Shown here one piece after another: positions 50,225 to 63,200 of a DNA stretch of 64,000 bases. The stretch is from Octopus sinensis. Its lineage: Eukaryota. The position numbers and the translations under genes were made by a program. Location: positions 28,830,001 through 28,894,000 of the forward strand of contig NC_043013.1 in NCBI RefSeq assembly GCF_006345805.1. The letters run 5' to 3'. A model generated the notes under the pieces. It was given only the letters and a program-made list of their open reading frames with translations, was not told the DNA's origin and did not search any database. Within the stretch, counting starts at the first letter, position 1. Each line of letters begins with the position of its first letter.

Positions 50225-51067
50225 ATCATCGTTTAATGTCCGCTTTCCATGCTAGCATGGGTTGGATGGTTCGCCTGGGGTTTGGGAAGCCAGGAGGCTG
50301 CACCAGGTTCCAGTCTGATCCGGCAGTGTTTCTACAGCTGGATGCCCTTCCTATCGCCAACCACTCTGTGAGTGTAGTGGGTGTTTTTTATGTGCTACCA
50401 GCATGGGAACCACAACTACAATTTCCATTTGATTTTCATTTTGATGTTGATGTACTTGACTCAATAGATCTCCTCAAGCACAGCATGTCACCCTATGATC
50501 CAAGGTACTTTTGAGTGGGCTGGTTATGTGAAACTGGTGTAGGATACAACTGTGAACTCACTTTATTTGCCAGGTCTTCACAGTCACAGCATATCAGAGG
50601 TCTCGGTCTTTCATCATTGCTTCTGTGAGGCCTAATGTTTGAAGGTCATGTTTCACTACCTCATCCCATGTCTTCCTGGATTTACCTCTACCTCAGATTC
50701 CTTCAACTGTTTGGGAGTGGCACTTCTTCACACAGCTCTCCTCATCCATCTGTTGTACATGACCATACCAGAGCAAATGTCTCTCTTGCACGCCACATCC
50801 AATGCTTCTTATGTCTAACATTTCTCTCAGGGTGCTTACACCCTGTCGTGTGTGCACATTGACATGTATATGCACATGTCGAGTGTACACATCCAGCGGA
50901 TCATGCTAGCTTCAGTTCTTTCAAGCCTACGCATGTCCTCGGCAGTCACAGCCCATGTTTCACTGCTGTGAAGCATGGCAGTTTGCACACACGCATCATA
51001 CCATCTACCTTTCATTCTGAGCGAGTGGCCCTTTATCACCAGTAGGGGTCAAAGCTTTCTAAACTTG
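50225..51067 (-). mobile_element. RTE-clade LINE, 5'-truncated: ORF C-terminus, 3'UTR and GAT tail
   Basis: LRMKGRWYDACVQTAMLHSSETWAV..MRRLERTEASMIRWMC, LLWYGHVQQMDEESCVKKC, RKTWDEVVKHDL. The 3'UTR is the family C sequence. Confidence 0.9.
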
Positions 51068-51214
51068 GCTCTGTGGTATGAAGTTTGCTTCCCAACCACA
51101 TGGTTCCAGGTCCAGTCCCACTGTGTAGCACCTTGGGTAAGTGTTGTCTATGATAGCTTCAGGCTGACCAAAGCCTTTTGAGTGGACTTGGTAGACAGAA
51201 ACTGAAAGAAACCC

Positions 51215-51246
<32 letters not shown>

Positions 51247-51499
51247 ATATATATATATGGTACGTAAAAAGCACCCACTACACTCGCGGAGAGGTTGGCA
51301 TTAGGAAGGGCATCCAGCTGTAGAAACACTGCCAGATCAGACTGGGGCCTGGGGCAGCCCCTGGCTCCCCAGACCCCGGTCGAACCGTCCAACCCGTGCT
51401 AGCACGGAAAACGGACGTTAAACGATGATGATGATGATGATATATGTATATATATAATATATATATATATTTATAATATATATATGTATATATATAATA

Positions 51500-51876
51500 C
51501 AAAATGAGAAAATGGAGAAATATATCTAAATCAATCATCCACCATCAGATAATATCAATAATAACAAAGGGTAAAATTAATTAATTAAGAAGTAATCAAT
51601 GAATTTCACCAAGTAGAATTCGGTATGAAAACAGGACCGTTACACGGTAAATTTTAATAATACTAATAAAAAGGGTTCAGCAAAGAGTTGCCTCACCACA
51701 CACCGAAGTTCAGAAATAGCAGCCCAAAATCTTAGCCATTTCTTCTACTTTAAAAATGGTCTTCCAGAGAAACCAAAATACTTGAAGGTTAATGTGTGAT
51801 TAACCTTCAAGTATTTTGGTTTCTCTGGAAGACCCTTTTTAAAGTAGAAGAAATGGCTAAGATTTTTGGCTGCTAT
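51500..51876. mobile_element. Fold-back element in (TA)n (copy 3), 78-bp arms
   Basis: Arms 51716-51793 and 51799-51876 with two mismatches; loop GTGTG. Confidence 0.7.
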
Positions 51877-52194
51877 ATATATATATATATATGCCAGTCC
51901 CAGTGCAGCTCATGCCAGTTCCACCTGACTGGCACCCATGCCAGTGGCATGTAAAAAGCACCTTTTGACCGTAGTCGATGCTAGTGCTGCCTGGCTGGCT
52001 CCTGTGCCAATGGCACGTAAAAAGCATGCACTACAACTCTCAGAGAGGTTGGTGTTAGGAAGGGCATCCAGCTGTAAAAACCTTGTGAAATCAGACTGGA
52101 GACTGGTGCAGCCTCCTAGCCTGCCAGTTCTAAGTCAAACCATCCAACCCATGCCAAAATGGAAAGTGGATGTTAAATGACAATGATGATGATG

Positions 52195-52247
<53 letters not shown>

Positions 52248-52759
52248 ATATCTTTGTATCTGTGTTGTCCTCTCCACCATCACTTCACATCTGATGTTGG
52301 TGTGTTTACGTCCCCATAACCTAGCAGTACTAGGCCTACAAAGAATAAAGTCCTGGGGCTGATCTGTTTGACTAAAACCCTTCAAAGCAGTACTCCAGCA
52401 TGGCTACAGTCAAATGACTGAAACAAGTAAAAAAATAAAAGAATGTGTGTGTGTGTGTGTATATATATTTGAGTTGTTCTGTCCACAAAAATCTCACCAC
52501 ATTGTACTATAAAATAAGAAGGACTGGGTGCTCTACACACGCTTGTACCCTTTGTATAACCCTCCTGCATGGCATGAGGTGAATGACAACAAGCCTTACT
52601 CATAGGCTTATAGTTACAATCCATCTGCTGGGCTTCCAAACAGTTTCTATTGACCTTGTTACCCTCACTTAGAATGCACCCCTATTGATAGATAAGTGCT
52701 CACCCCCAAAATTTCAAATCTTGTGACTATAACAAAAAAGGATTATTATTATTATTATT

Positions 52760-54180
52760 ACAGTAGTAAGCTGGCAGAATCGTTACCATGCCAGACAGAA
52801 TGCTTAGCAGAATTTCTTCTGGTTCTTTATGTTCTGAGTTCAAATTCTGCTGAGGTCAGCTCGGCCTTTTATTCTTTCGAAGTTGATAAAATAAGTACCA
52901 GTTGAGTTCTGGGGTTGATGTAAACCACTTACCCCTTCTCCCCAAAAATTTCAGGCTTTGTGCCTATAGTAGAAAGGATCATCATCATTATTTTACTGCT
53001 GCTGCTACTACTGCTACTACTACTATGGCAGTGAGCTGGCAGAATCATTAGCATGCCTGGTGAAATGCTTAGCAGTATTTTGTTGCCACTATGTTCTGAG
53101 TTTAAAATCTGCCAAGGTTGACTTTGCCTTTCATCCTTTCGGGGGTCGATTAAATAAGTACCAGTTACACATTGGGGTCAATGTAATTGACTTAATCCCT
53201 TCCCTCAAATTTGAGGCCTTTTGCTTCCAGTAGAAAGGATTGTAACCACTACTACAACTACTAAGGTGGCAAGTTTGGCCTAATCATCAGCATGCCGGGT
53301 GAAATGCTTAGCAGCATTCTGTCTTCATGTTCTGAGTTCGAATTCCACTGGAGTCAACTTTATCTTTCATCTTTTTGGGGTTGATTAAATAGGTACCAGT
53401 TAAGCACTGGGGCTGATGAAGTCGACTGAACCCCTGCTGGCCTTGTGCCAAAATTTGAAATTATTATTATTATTGTTCAGGTCACTGCTTGGAATCAGAC
53501 TCAGAATCTTGGGGTTAGTAGCCCGCACTCTTAACCACTATGCCATTGCCCACGGGCATATGTCGTAGTGGTTAAGAGCGCGGGCTACTAACTCCAAGAT
53601 TCCGAGTTTGATTCCAAGCAGTAACCTGAACAATAATAATAACATCTTCCTTTGTGTCTGGGGAGAGTCATTTTCTTTTTGTGCCTTCGAAAAATACCTT
53701 AGGAATGAGAACCCAGGTTCAAAATTTCCCCAAGACACCTGAAGAAGGCTGGAGGGTTTATCAGCCGAAACGTGTTAACAACAAACAAGATGAGGACAAG
53801 TATCCGTCAAATCTAAATAATGTAACTCTTCCTTACTTCAAACTAATGTTAGAAACATTTATTTTCATCATTCTAGGTTGGTATAAGGCAGTTAGCTGGT
53901 AGAACCATTCGATCACCAAAATATAAAAAAAAAACTCACATTCTTGTATTTCCTCTGGTTTGCTACAGTCTGAGTTCAAATCCTGCTGTGGTTAGCTTTG
54001 GTTTTCATTCTTCAGGGTTTGATAAAATACTGTACCAATCAAGTCCTGGGATGATTAATTTAATTGGCAAAATGCCTCTCCTATAATTTCAGGCCAGAAA
54101 CATTTATTATAAATTGACTTGACAGAATCAGTAGAGCACCCAATAAAGTACCTTGTGGTGTTTAGTTGTGTCTTTGTATG
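52760..54180 (+). mobile_element. Head-to-tail array of 4-5 SINE-D copies separated by (TTA)/(CTA) tails
   Basis: Copies start at about 52765, 53030, 53265 and 53885 (degenerate copy ~54110). Confidence 0.8.
53460..53825 (+). mobile_element. tRNA(Ile)-like-headed hammerhead element (copy 2) with an inverted head duplicate
   Basis: Palindrome centred on TGCCC-AC-GGGCA (53547-53558) with ~90-bp arms. Hammerhead motif at 53733-53776. Confidence 0.75.
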
Positions 54181-54199
54181 TAAAGATGGTTCGTAGTTA

Positions 54200-55200
54200 G
54201 TCCTCTACTGCCACCACCACTACAACAGCTACTATTACCACCACCATCATCACTACTACTACCACCAACACCAAATCACTGCAATGACTAAATTATCTTT
54301 GCTATCGTTACTATCATCAACACTACCACCATCAATATCGCAACCATCATGACCATTACTACTACCAACACTACAACCACTACTATTACCACCACCACCA
54401 CCACCACTACTTACTCCATCGCCACAACCACTACCATCTCATCTTCGCTACACCCACCACCATGTCTACCACGGCCACCACCACAAGTAATACTAATGCC
54501 ATCACCACCATTACAACCATGGCCATCACTACCAATGTTGTTCTTGTTACTGTTGTCCTAATATTGTTTCCTTTGCTTTTCACTTTAAAAAATACCTTTC
54601 CTCTTCATATGGAACAGAGGGGGGGGAGAGAGAGAGAGAGAGAGAAGCAGAAACATTTGAGAAAGTAGGAAAGAGGGGGAGGAAAGAAATTATAAGCACT
54701 CTGTTGGTGGTTGGTTTCTACTTTGTTCTGTCTCCCCACCCACCACCTTCTGCCATCATCTCATTTACACAGTGACACTATTAAGTGATGAAAACAAATA
54801 ACTTTGGTACATAATGCCTCTAAGCCACTCCCCCTCTCTTTCTCCCCGTCTCTCCTCATCCCTTTTTCTATCACTACCATTCACTCTGCTCTTCCTCCTC
54901 CTCATCTTCTAATTCTACTTCTTTGTCTTCCTCTCTTTCTTCGCTCTTCTTCTTCCTCTCTTTCTTCGCTCTTCTTCTTTGCTCTTCTTCCTCCACTCCT
55001 TCTTTGCTCTTCTTCTTCCTCTCCTTCTTTGCTCTTCTTCCTCTCCATTTTTGCTCTTCTTCCTCTCCATTTTTGCTCTTCTTCTTCCTCTCCTTCTTTG
55101 CTCTTCTTCTTCCTGTCCTTCTTCACTTTTCTTCTTCCTCTCCTTCATCACCCATACCCTCTCTTCCTCTCCTTTCCTATCTTCCTTCCATTCACCTCTC
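54200..55200. repeat. (ACC/ACT)n tract, (AG)n and (TCT)-rich pyrimidine tract with ~30-bp higher-order units
   Basis: Read directly. Confidence 0.85.
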
Positions 55201-56064
55201 AAGAAAATTGATATTTTCAACATTGTAATGTCAGAGATAGCAACAACTAAATGCAAAAGTAAAAGTTATTTGCTGAATCTTCAAGATTGCAACAGTTCGT
55301 ATACTTACAACACACACATGCATGCAAGTAAATGCACATTTGCATCCATGTTGCCATGTGAATATTTACATAGTGTAATATAGACAGAGCAGAAGAACCC
55401 TTTTAACATTCAGATCATTCTGTTGATTCTGATAATCCTATTCATTCCCCTCGTTTTCAATTAATCACCTGTTATCTCATAGCTTTCATATTTCAATGAT
55501 ATGATTGTTTATTTTTAAAATGGCATTGCAAGGTAGGTGAGAGAGGCTGGATCTGGTCACCTTGAACATAAGACAGGGAGAATATTTTGGCCGGATGTGG
55601 ATGGTTTAGATGGTGAAGAGATAAGGCATTAAAGTTGGTGGAATTGTTAACACATTTTATTCCTTTATTGGTTTCAGTCATTCGACTGTGGCCATGCTGG
55701 AGCACTGCCTTTAGATGTACAAATCGACTCCAGGCCTTATTCTTTGATAACCCTACTACTTATTCTGTTGGTCTCTTTCACCGAACTGCTAGACTACGGG
55801 TATGTAAACACACCTAAATCGACTGGCATTAGCCTGAGCGATGGGGGGAGGAGGCATTAGCCCAGCCCAGGGATTTTTTGAGTGAGTGAGAGAGAGAGAT
55901 GTGAGATCATGGTACAATGTGAATATGAAAGACAAGAATAGGATAGAGGAAGAGAAAAGATGGATGTGGAGGAAAGAATGCACACAAGGATGAGAATAGT
56001 GTGACAGATGATTAGAGATAGGGAATGAGTTGGACTCAGGAAATATCAGTTTAGTGGAAGGAAG

Positions 56065-56484
56065 GTGGAGGTAAAGACCATGGATCTTTGGGTTTTTGGT
56101 GGAGTTTTATTTTTACATGAACACACTATATCAAGGGCAGAGATTCCGAATCTGCAAAAAAATATGCATTTCAAGATTAGTAGAGAAAACACTTTAATTC
56201 CACTTTTTGTCATAGAGCAGAGGGGAGGGGGTATTTATTATTATTATTTTTTTTAAATTGAAATTTTACCAAATTTTTCTTTCAGAATTATAATCTCCAT
56301 ATTTTTCTATGTATTTCACCTGAAAATTTTTTTTTAAAAACTGAAAATTTAAGAAATTTGTGGGGAGTTAAATTTTGAAGTGCAGATTTTTTTGCAGATT
56401 CAGAATTTCTGCCCTCATTACAGTGTGTTCATGTAAAAAAAAAAACCCAAAAAATCCCAGAGGGTCCATGATCTTTACCTCCGC
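56065..56484. mobile_element. Long-TIR MITE, possibly Mutator-like
   Basis: ~95-bp imperfect TIRs (gtggaggtaaagaccatgga...gaatctgcaaaaaaat). Imperfect 9-bp flanks TGGAAGGAA / TGGAAAGAA. Confidence 0.65.
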
Positions 56485-56569
56485 TGGAAAGAAACAGGAT
56501 TACTGAGAAGATTGATGGTGGAACAGGTGTCAGAAGGTGAGTTGGGGGTGAAGGCTTGACAGAACCTTA

Positions 56570-56880
56570 ATTCTGCTGAGATGGACGGGTCTTCTCAAGC
56601 ACAGCAGAATGCAATTCATCTTGGTCCCCTGTCATCTCTTCCAAAAGGCTCAACATCTTGAGATTAGGTTTCACCACTTTATCCCACCTCTTCCAGGGGT
56701 CCCTTCCACTTTTAGCAATCAGCACTTCTTTATACAGCTGACCTCATCCAGCTGCATTGCATGACCATACCAGCTCTCCAGCATCCCATATCTGATGCCT
56801 CTTATTCCTGATATTTCTCTCAGCGCATTTGCTCTTTGTCATATGCATGCATGCCAAAATTGCACATGCTACTTTCGTTT
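56570..56880 (-). mobile_element. Older fragment of the same RTE LINE family as 50225-51067
   Basis: Minus frame pieces ..ESWYGHAMQLDEVSCIKKC.. and KRWDKVVKPNL. Confidence 0.65.
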
Positions 56881-57618
56881 CTTTCTAGTCTTTCACAGCC
56901 ATTTGTGCCTCTGTGTGTGTGTGTGTGTGTGTGTTTATCAGATGTATCTTTGTATTTGTCCTTCACCATCGCTTGACAATTGGTGTTGGACCGATAAAAT
57001 AAATACCAAACTTATAACTACTGGGGGTAAATTTGCTCAAGTAAACTCTTCAAGACCAAGCTCCAGCATGGCCGCAGTCCAATGGCTGAAGCAGGTAAAA
57101 GACAAAAGATATTTAAATGCTAAATTGGCTTCCGAATCACCCCGTTCATACCCACTACATTCCTGTGAGGAGGGACCAGTAACTCGTCAGAGAAAACTTT
57201 CAAGCAGTAGGCTACGGAATCAATCAAATTAAAATATTATACTCTTCTGTCGTATTGGGTACTTTTGTGTGTGTGTGTGTGTGTAATATGATATCATAGA
57301 AACTTCTCTCCACTGAATTAGTAGTATCAGTGATAACAAATTTCTTTATCCGCTTTAAAAAAAAAAGAAGCATAAAAATTCCGACAGCTCTTAATCCATA
57401 AGGATAAAGATACAAGGGAGATAAACAGGGTTAACAGATGTAAGGGAGACAAACCAGTATAAAAGTATGTTTTTCTACTAAGTTGATAGTCATATATTTC
57501 AACTTAGTTACGATGTGAGGTAAAATCATAAAAAAAGAAACAGCTAAAAGAATCGCATTGGTTAATTAAAGACAACAATGTTTTTATTTTATGCTACCTT
57601 CTAGGACATAGCTTTATG

Positions 57619-57652
<34 letters not shown>

Positions 57653-57660
57653 GAAATAGC

Positions 57661-58045
57661 CGCAGGTGTGGCTGTGTGATAAGAACCTTACTTCCCAACT
57701 ACATTGTTCCGGGTTCAGTCCCACTGAGTGGCACCTTGGGCAAGTGTCTTCTACTATAGCTTCGGGTCGACCAAAGCCTTGTGAGTGGATTTGGTAGATG
57801 GAAACTGAAAGAAGCCCGTCGGATATGTATATATATGTATGCACGTTCTGTGTGTACATGCTTGTGTCTGTGTGTCCCCCACCATCGCTGGTGTGTTTAC
57901 GTCCCCGTAACTTAGCGGTACGGCAAAAGAATCCGATAGAATAAGTACTAGGCTTACAAAGAATAAGTCCTGGGGTCAATTTGTTCGACTAAAAGGCAGT
58001 GCTCCAGCATGGCTGCAGTCAAATGACTGAAACAAGTAAAAGAAT
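57661..58045 (+). mobile_element. Full-length SINE family A
   Basis: Complete. Confidence 0.9.
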
Positions 58046-58353
58046 AGCATAGTGCTACTGATCATATAGAATCTCTCTCTCTCTCTCTCTCATATCATCA
58101 TCATCATCGTTTAACGTTCGTCTTCCATGCTGGCATGGGTGTGTGAAGGCACATAGCTTAGTGGTTAGGGCATTCGGCTCACAAACGTAAGGTCATGAGT
58201 TCAATTCCTGGTGACATGTGTCCTTGATCAAGACACTTTATTTCACATTGCTCCAGTCCACTCAGCTGGTAAAAATGAGTAGTACCTGTATTTCAAAGGG
58301 CCAGTCTTGTCACATTTAGTGTCACGTTGAATCTCCCTGAGAACTATGTTAAG

Positions 58354-59880
58354 GCTATGTTAGGCCTAAGATCTTGCGGAGGAATCTGAGATAGAAATTG
58401 CCGAGGCACCTTTCCTGTCTGCTGTACAAGGTCCATGTTTCAGATCCATAGAGGAGTGTGCTGAGAACACCTACTTCATAAATCCTGATCTTTGTGTTGA
58501 TGTCTAATCTCTTATTCTCCCATACTGGTTTTTTCAGCCTTCCAAAAGTTCTTGCTGCCTTCCCTATCCTAACATTAATCTCATCATAAAGTGAAGTAGT
58601 AGGCGAAATGGTAGACCCTAGATAGCAGAACCTGTCCACTGCCCCAAGATGTTTGTCATCAAGCTTGATGTGGCCTTTCACTGTGCCCTCCTGAGTGAGG
58701 ATGAATGTCTTCTTTACACTGATGACCAAACCGAAGGCCTTGCATGCTGATGATAGGTGGTCCATCATTATTTGTAGATTTAATTCATTGTGGGCAACAA
58801 ATGCCACATTGGCAGCGAAGAGAAAGTCTCTTATTGTTGTTCTATTGATCTTAGTCTTGGCCCAAAATCTAGAAAGATCAAAGAGTGACCCATCAGTTCT
58901 CCAACAAAGGTAGACATTGCCCAGCAGCTCTTGAAATGCATACTGCAGCAATACAGCAAAGTAAATGCTGAAAAAGATTGGTGCTAAGACACAACCTTGT
59001 TTTACTCCGTTGTTGATGTTGAAGCTATCTGATATTAAACCGTCAAACTGAATGGTGGCCTTCATGTCATCATGGAATGAAACAATGAGCTGCAGTAGTA
59101 TTAGGGGACAGCCACATTTTCCAAGTACTATGTACAGTCCTGATCTGCTGACTGTATCAAATGCCTTTGTCAGATCGACAAATGCTATATATAGGGGTAA
59201 TTGCTGCTCCTGGCATTTTTCTTGTAGTTAACGAATAGAAAAGATCATATCCATTGTTGAGCGGTTAGATCTAAAACCGCACTGGCTCTCTGGTAGTACT
59301 CTTTCTGTTAGCTTCTGAAGTCCTTTCATAATGATCTTCGCAAAAGCTTTTCCATTGATGCTCAGAAGTGAGATGCCTCTGTAGTTATTGCAATCTCCCT
59401 TGTCCCCTTTATTTTTTGTACAGAGTGATGATCCTGGGATCTCTCATATCCTGTGGAATTTTTACTTCCAACCAACACGTCTTTAGTAACTTGTAGAAAT
59501 GTGGAAGGAGGGCATATTTGTTCTCTTTCACTTCAGCAGGTATAGTTTAATTTTGGGTGCTTTTCCGCATGCAGGTTCACCGATTGCATTGGAGAGTTCT
59601 TCTGTTGGTGGTATATCATGTTCTGTCATTTCGAGGAGCTGAGGAATGGCCTCATCAAGCTGTCTATCAACATCTCGCTCCTTTGTGTACAATTGAGAGT
59701 AATGTCCCACCCATCTTTCCATTTGTTTCTTCTTGTCTGTCAGCTGGTCACCTGTTGCAGACTTGAGAGGTGCCACTTTACTCACTATTGGTCTGATAGC
59801 AACTCTAATCTTCTCATACATTTTCCTGATATTACCCATGTCACTTGCCCAGTACTGGTTGGCACATTTTCTAGTTTCTT
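58354..59880 (-). mobile_element. RTE (BovB-like) LINE reverse-transcriptase fragment, decayed
   Basis: RGISLLSINGKAFAKI, QSGFRSNRSTMDMIF, FVDLTKAFDTV, GVKQGCVLAP, catalytic motif decayed to FAAN, FCYLGS, LLYGSETW. Frameshifted. Confidence 0.92.
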
Positions 59881-60937
59881 TTGAAGGTTGGATTTTGTTA
59901 ATAGTTATTCAACAGCTGGTTTCTTGGTTTAAACATCTTCCCTGGGGATAGAAAACTCTGATGTAACACCTGTGATTTTCTTTGCATCTAATGATGTAGA
60001 TTAAATCCTTTTGGGCAAATGCATACATTCATTATAGAGTGGGATTGGTCTAGTACAAAATTCAGTAAGGCAAACATTGTCAATATAATATACTGGCAAA
60101 GTTAGGTGGCAAGCTGGCAAGATGCTTAGCGGTATTTCATATGGCTTTATGTTCTGAGTTCAAATTCTGCCGAGGTCGACTTTGCCTTTCATCCTTTCGG
60201 GGTCGATAAATTAAGTACCAGTTGCATACTGGTGTCGATCTAATCAACTGGCTCCCTCCCCCAAAATTATGGGCCTTGTGCCTAGAGTAGAAAAGAATAT
60301 ATTGGTGGGGTGGTAAAACGTGATAGACCTTTGGCGATATGCTGTGCTTGAGAAGACCAGTCAAGCCAAGTGGAACCATAGTTGTGGCTGATGCTGGTGT
60401 CATGTAAAAAGCACCCTTCAAATGTTGGGTATCACGGAAGTGATAAGTGACCGAGACCTTTGGCAATATGTTGTGCTTGAGAAGACTCATCAAGCCAAGT
60501 GAAATCATAATTATGGCTGATCCTGGTGTCACATAACTGGCACCCATCCCAGTGGCATGTAAGAAGCACCCATTACACTCTTAGAGTAGTTGGCGTTAAG
60601 AAGGGCATCCAGTTGTAGAAACTGAGCCAAATCAGACTGGAATCTGGTGCAGCTCTCTGGCTTACCAGCATTGGTCAAACTGTCCAACCCATACCAGCAT
60701 GGAAAGCCGAGGCTAAATGATGTTGATGATGATGACAATATAATGTATATGTATTGGTAGATGCTGGTAGTTTTGGTATTTTTTCTAAGGGATATATAGT
60801 GTTAAAAAACACAATATACGTCAAAGCTAGGTAAAATGAAATTGCCCCAGAAGTGAACAAGCATGACATATAACGATTTTTCAGTTTTGAAGCACACTGT
60901 GCTTTTTGACACTAAATGGTTTTATAGGGTGCCTACC

Positions 60938-61339
60938 TTTTCTTTCACTTGTTTCAGTCATTTGACTGAGGCCATGCTGGAGCACCGCCTTTAATCGAGC
61001 AACTCGACCCCGGGACTTATTCTTTTGTAAGCTCAGTACTTATTCTATCGGTCTCTTTCGCTGAACCGCTAGGTGACAGGGACATAAACACACCAGCGTC
61101 GGTTGTCAAGCAATGCTAGGGGCACAAACACAGACACACAAATACACACACATATATATATGTATATATATACATATATACGACAGGCTTCTTTCAGTTT
61201 CCATCTACCAAATCCACTCACAAGGCATTGGTCGGCCCGGGGCTATAGCAGAAGACATTTGGCCAAGATGCCATGCAGTGGGACTGAACCCGGAACCATG
61301 TGGTTGGTTAGCAAGCTACTTACCACACAGCCACTCCTG
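60938..61339 (-). mobile_element. Full-length SINE family A
   Basis: Complete and CpG-rich. Confidence 0.9.
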
Positions 61340-62579
61340 TACAAAATACTGCAGCTACAAGCGTTTGACAATGTACACCAAACTTTATGTGATATTGATA
61401 CATAGCTAAAAAAAAAAAAAAAGAGACAAGCAAACAGAAACATCAAAACATTCAATGAAAAATTCCATGATGGAATGAAAGCATGTGTGAATTAGAGAGT
61501 TGAATTTGTGAACACCTGCTGCAAGAGGCACCAATCATAGCTGCATCTGTGCAAAAGAGTGTTGGTTCCTAGCAGGACTGAAAAGCTGCAACTGTGTTGC
61601 TTTAAGAGAAAAATCAAACCATAGCATTGCTCAAAACTGAGTTGCAATCATTATGTCTTGTATGTTTATATGTATAAGCTTGACATAGCCTAATGGTTAA
61701 GTAGTTTACTTCACAATCCCAAGGTTTCAGGTTTGATCCTATTGAACAGCAGCTCAGGAAAATGTCCTTTATTATAGACTTGTGTCTGAGGGCACGTTGC
61801 TTAGTGGTTAGGGTACTGTACTCGTGCTCATGAGATTGTGGTTTCAATTTTTGGACTGGGCGATGCTTTGTGTTCTTGAGCAAAACATTTCATTTCACAT
61901 TGCTCTGCAATCACTTTGACACCTGATGTGTTCAGGTAACGTTGATTTGATGGAAAGAGTGAGCTAATGTATACACTACATACAATTGATAACTATAAGC
62001 AAATTATTTGTGTAGGTTGTTCTGCTAGAAATTGCAGAACTGTCTTTCTCAGACGACGGGAGAAAGTCAACACCATTGTCACGAGCCTTGACTCAACTCA
62101 TGCCTTGTATTGTACACGTAATTCAAAGAATCCAACCTCATCAATCACTGTGTTGCACTGGTTTCACCTGAGGATTGTATTACGGGTACACCTGTCCATG
62201 GAATACTCAGCCACATACATGCTAATTTAATGAGTAGATAGATCTTTTGATAGAACAGCATTGAAAATAATGGAGATCTACTTACTTTTATGAATGCATG
62301 TGCATATTTATTTATACAAACATACATGCATATGTGTATATATATGTGTTTGTGTGTGTGTGTGTGTTTGTGCACGTGCATGTGTGTGTGCAGGGACAAA
62401 GGCTTGCTATCTATATCTCATTTTTTCTTCTTGCAACATATATGCTTTTTATATGATTTAGAAGTTAATCTGTTGATATAACAATATTTTTCTTTTTAAG
62501 TATGTACACTTTGTTCATTACATATAATGATATCTGCACTGAGATGTTTCTTTTTGCATCTTATGGAAATATTTTTACT

Positions 62580-62595
62580 CTGTATGTGTGTGTGT

Positions 62596-62651
<56 letters not shown>

Positions 62652-63129
62652 CGTGCGTGTGTATGCATATCTATGTACATATATATGTAGAAAGACATAC
62701 ATTTATAAGCATATACACACATATACGTACATATATAAATACACATATGTGTATATGTATATGTATTTACATGTATATATGAGCATATATGTGTGTGTGT
62801 GTGTGTATAAATGCATATACATTCATGTATGTACACATACATATATACATTCATGTACATATACATACATATATACATTCAGGTACATATACATACATAT
62901 ATACATTCAGGTACGTATACATACATATATACATTCATGTACATATACATACATATATACATTCATGTACATATACATACATATATACATTCATGTACAT
63001 ATACAAACATACATACATTCATGTACATATACAAACATATATACATTCATGTACATATACATACATTCATGTACATGCATATATACATTCATGTACATAC
63101 ATATATACATTCATGTACATATATATATA

Positions 63130-63191
<62 letters not shown>

Positions 63192-63200
63192 CACGTTTAT
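62580..63200. repeat. (TG)n/(TA)n field containing a 28-bp minisatellite ATACATTCATGTACATATACATACATAT (about 11 units, 62815-63120)
   Basis: The ttca anchor recurs every 28 bp. Confidence 0.9.

Noticed and set aside
54804-55383. E/K/R-rich or S/L/F-rich ORFs
   Set aside because: (TCT)-based low complexity that is open on both strands.
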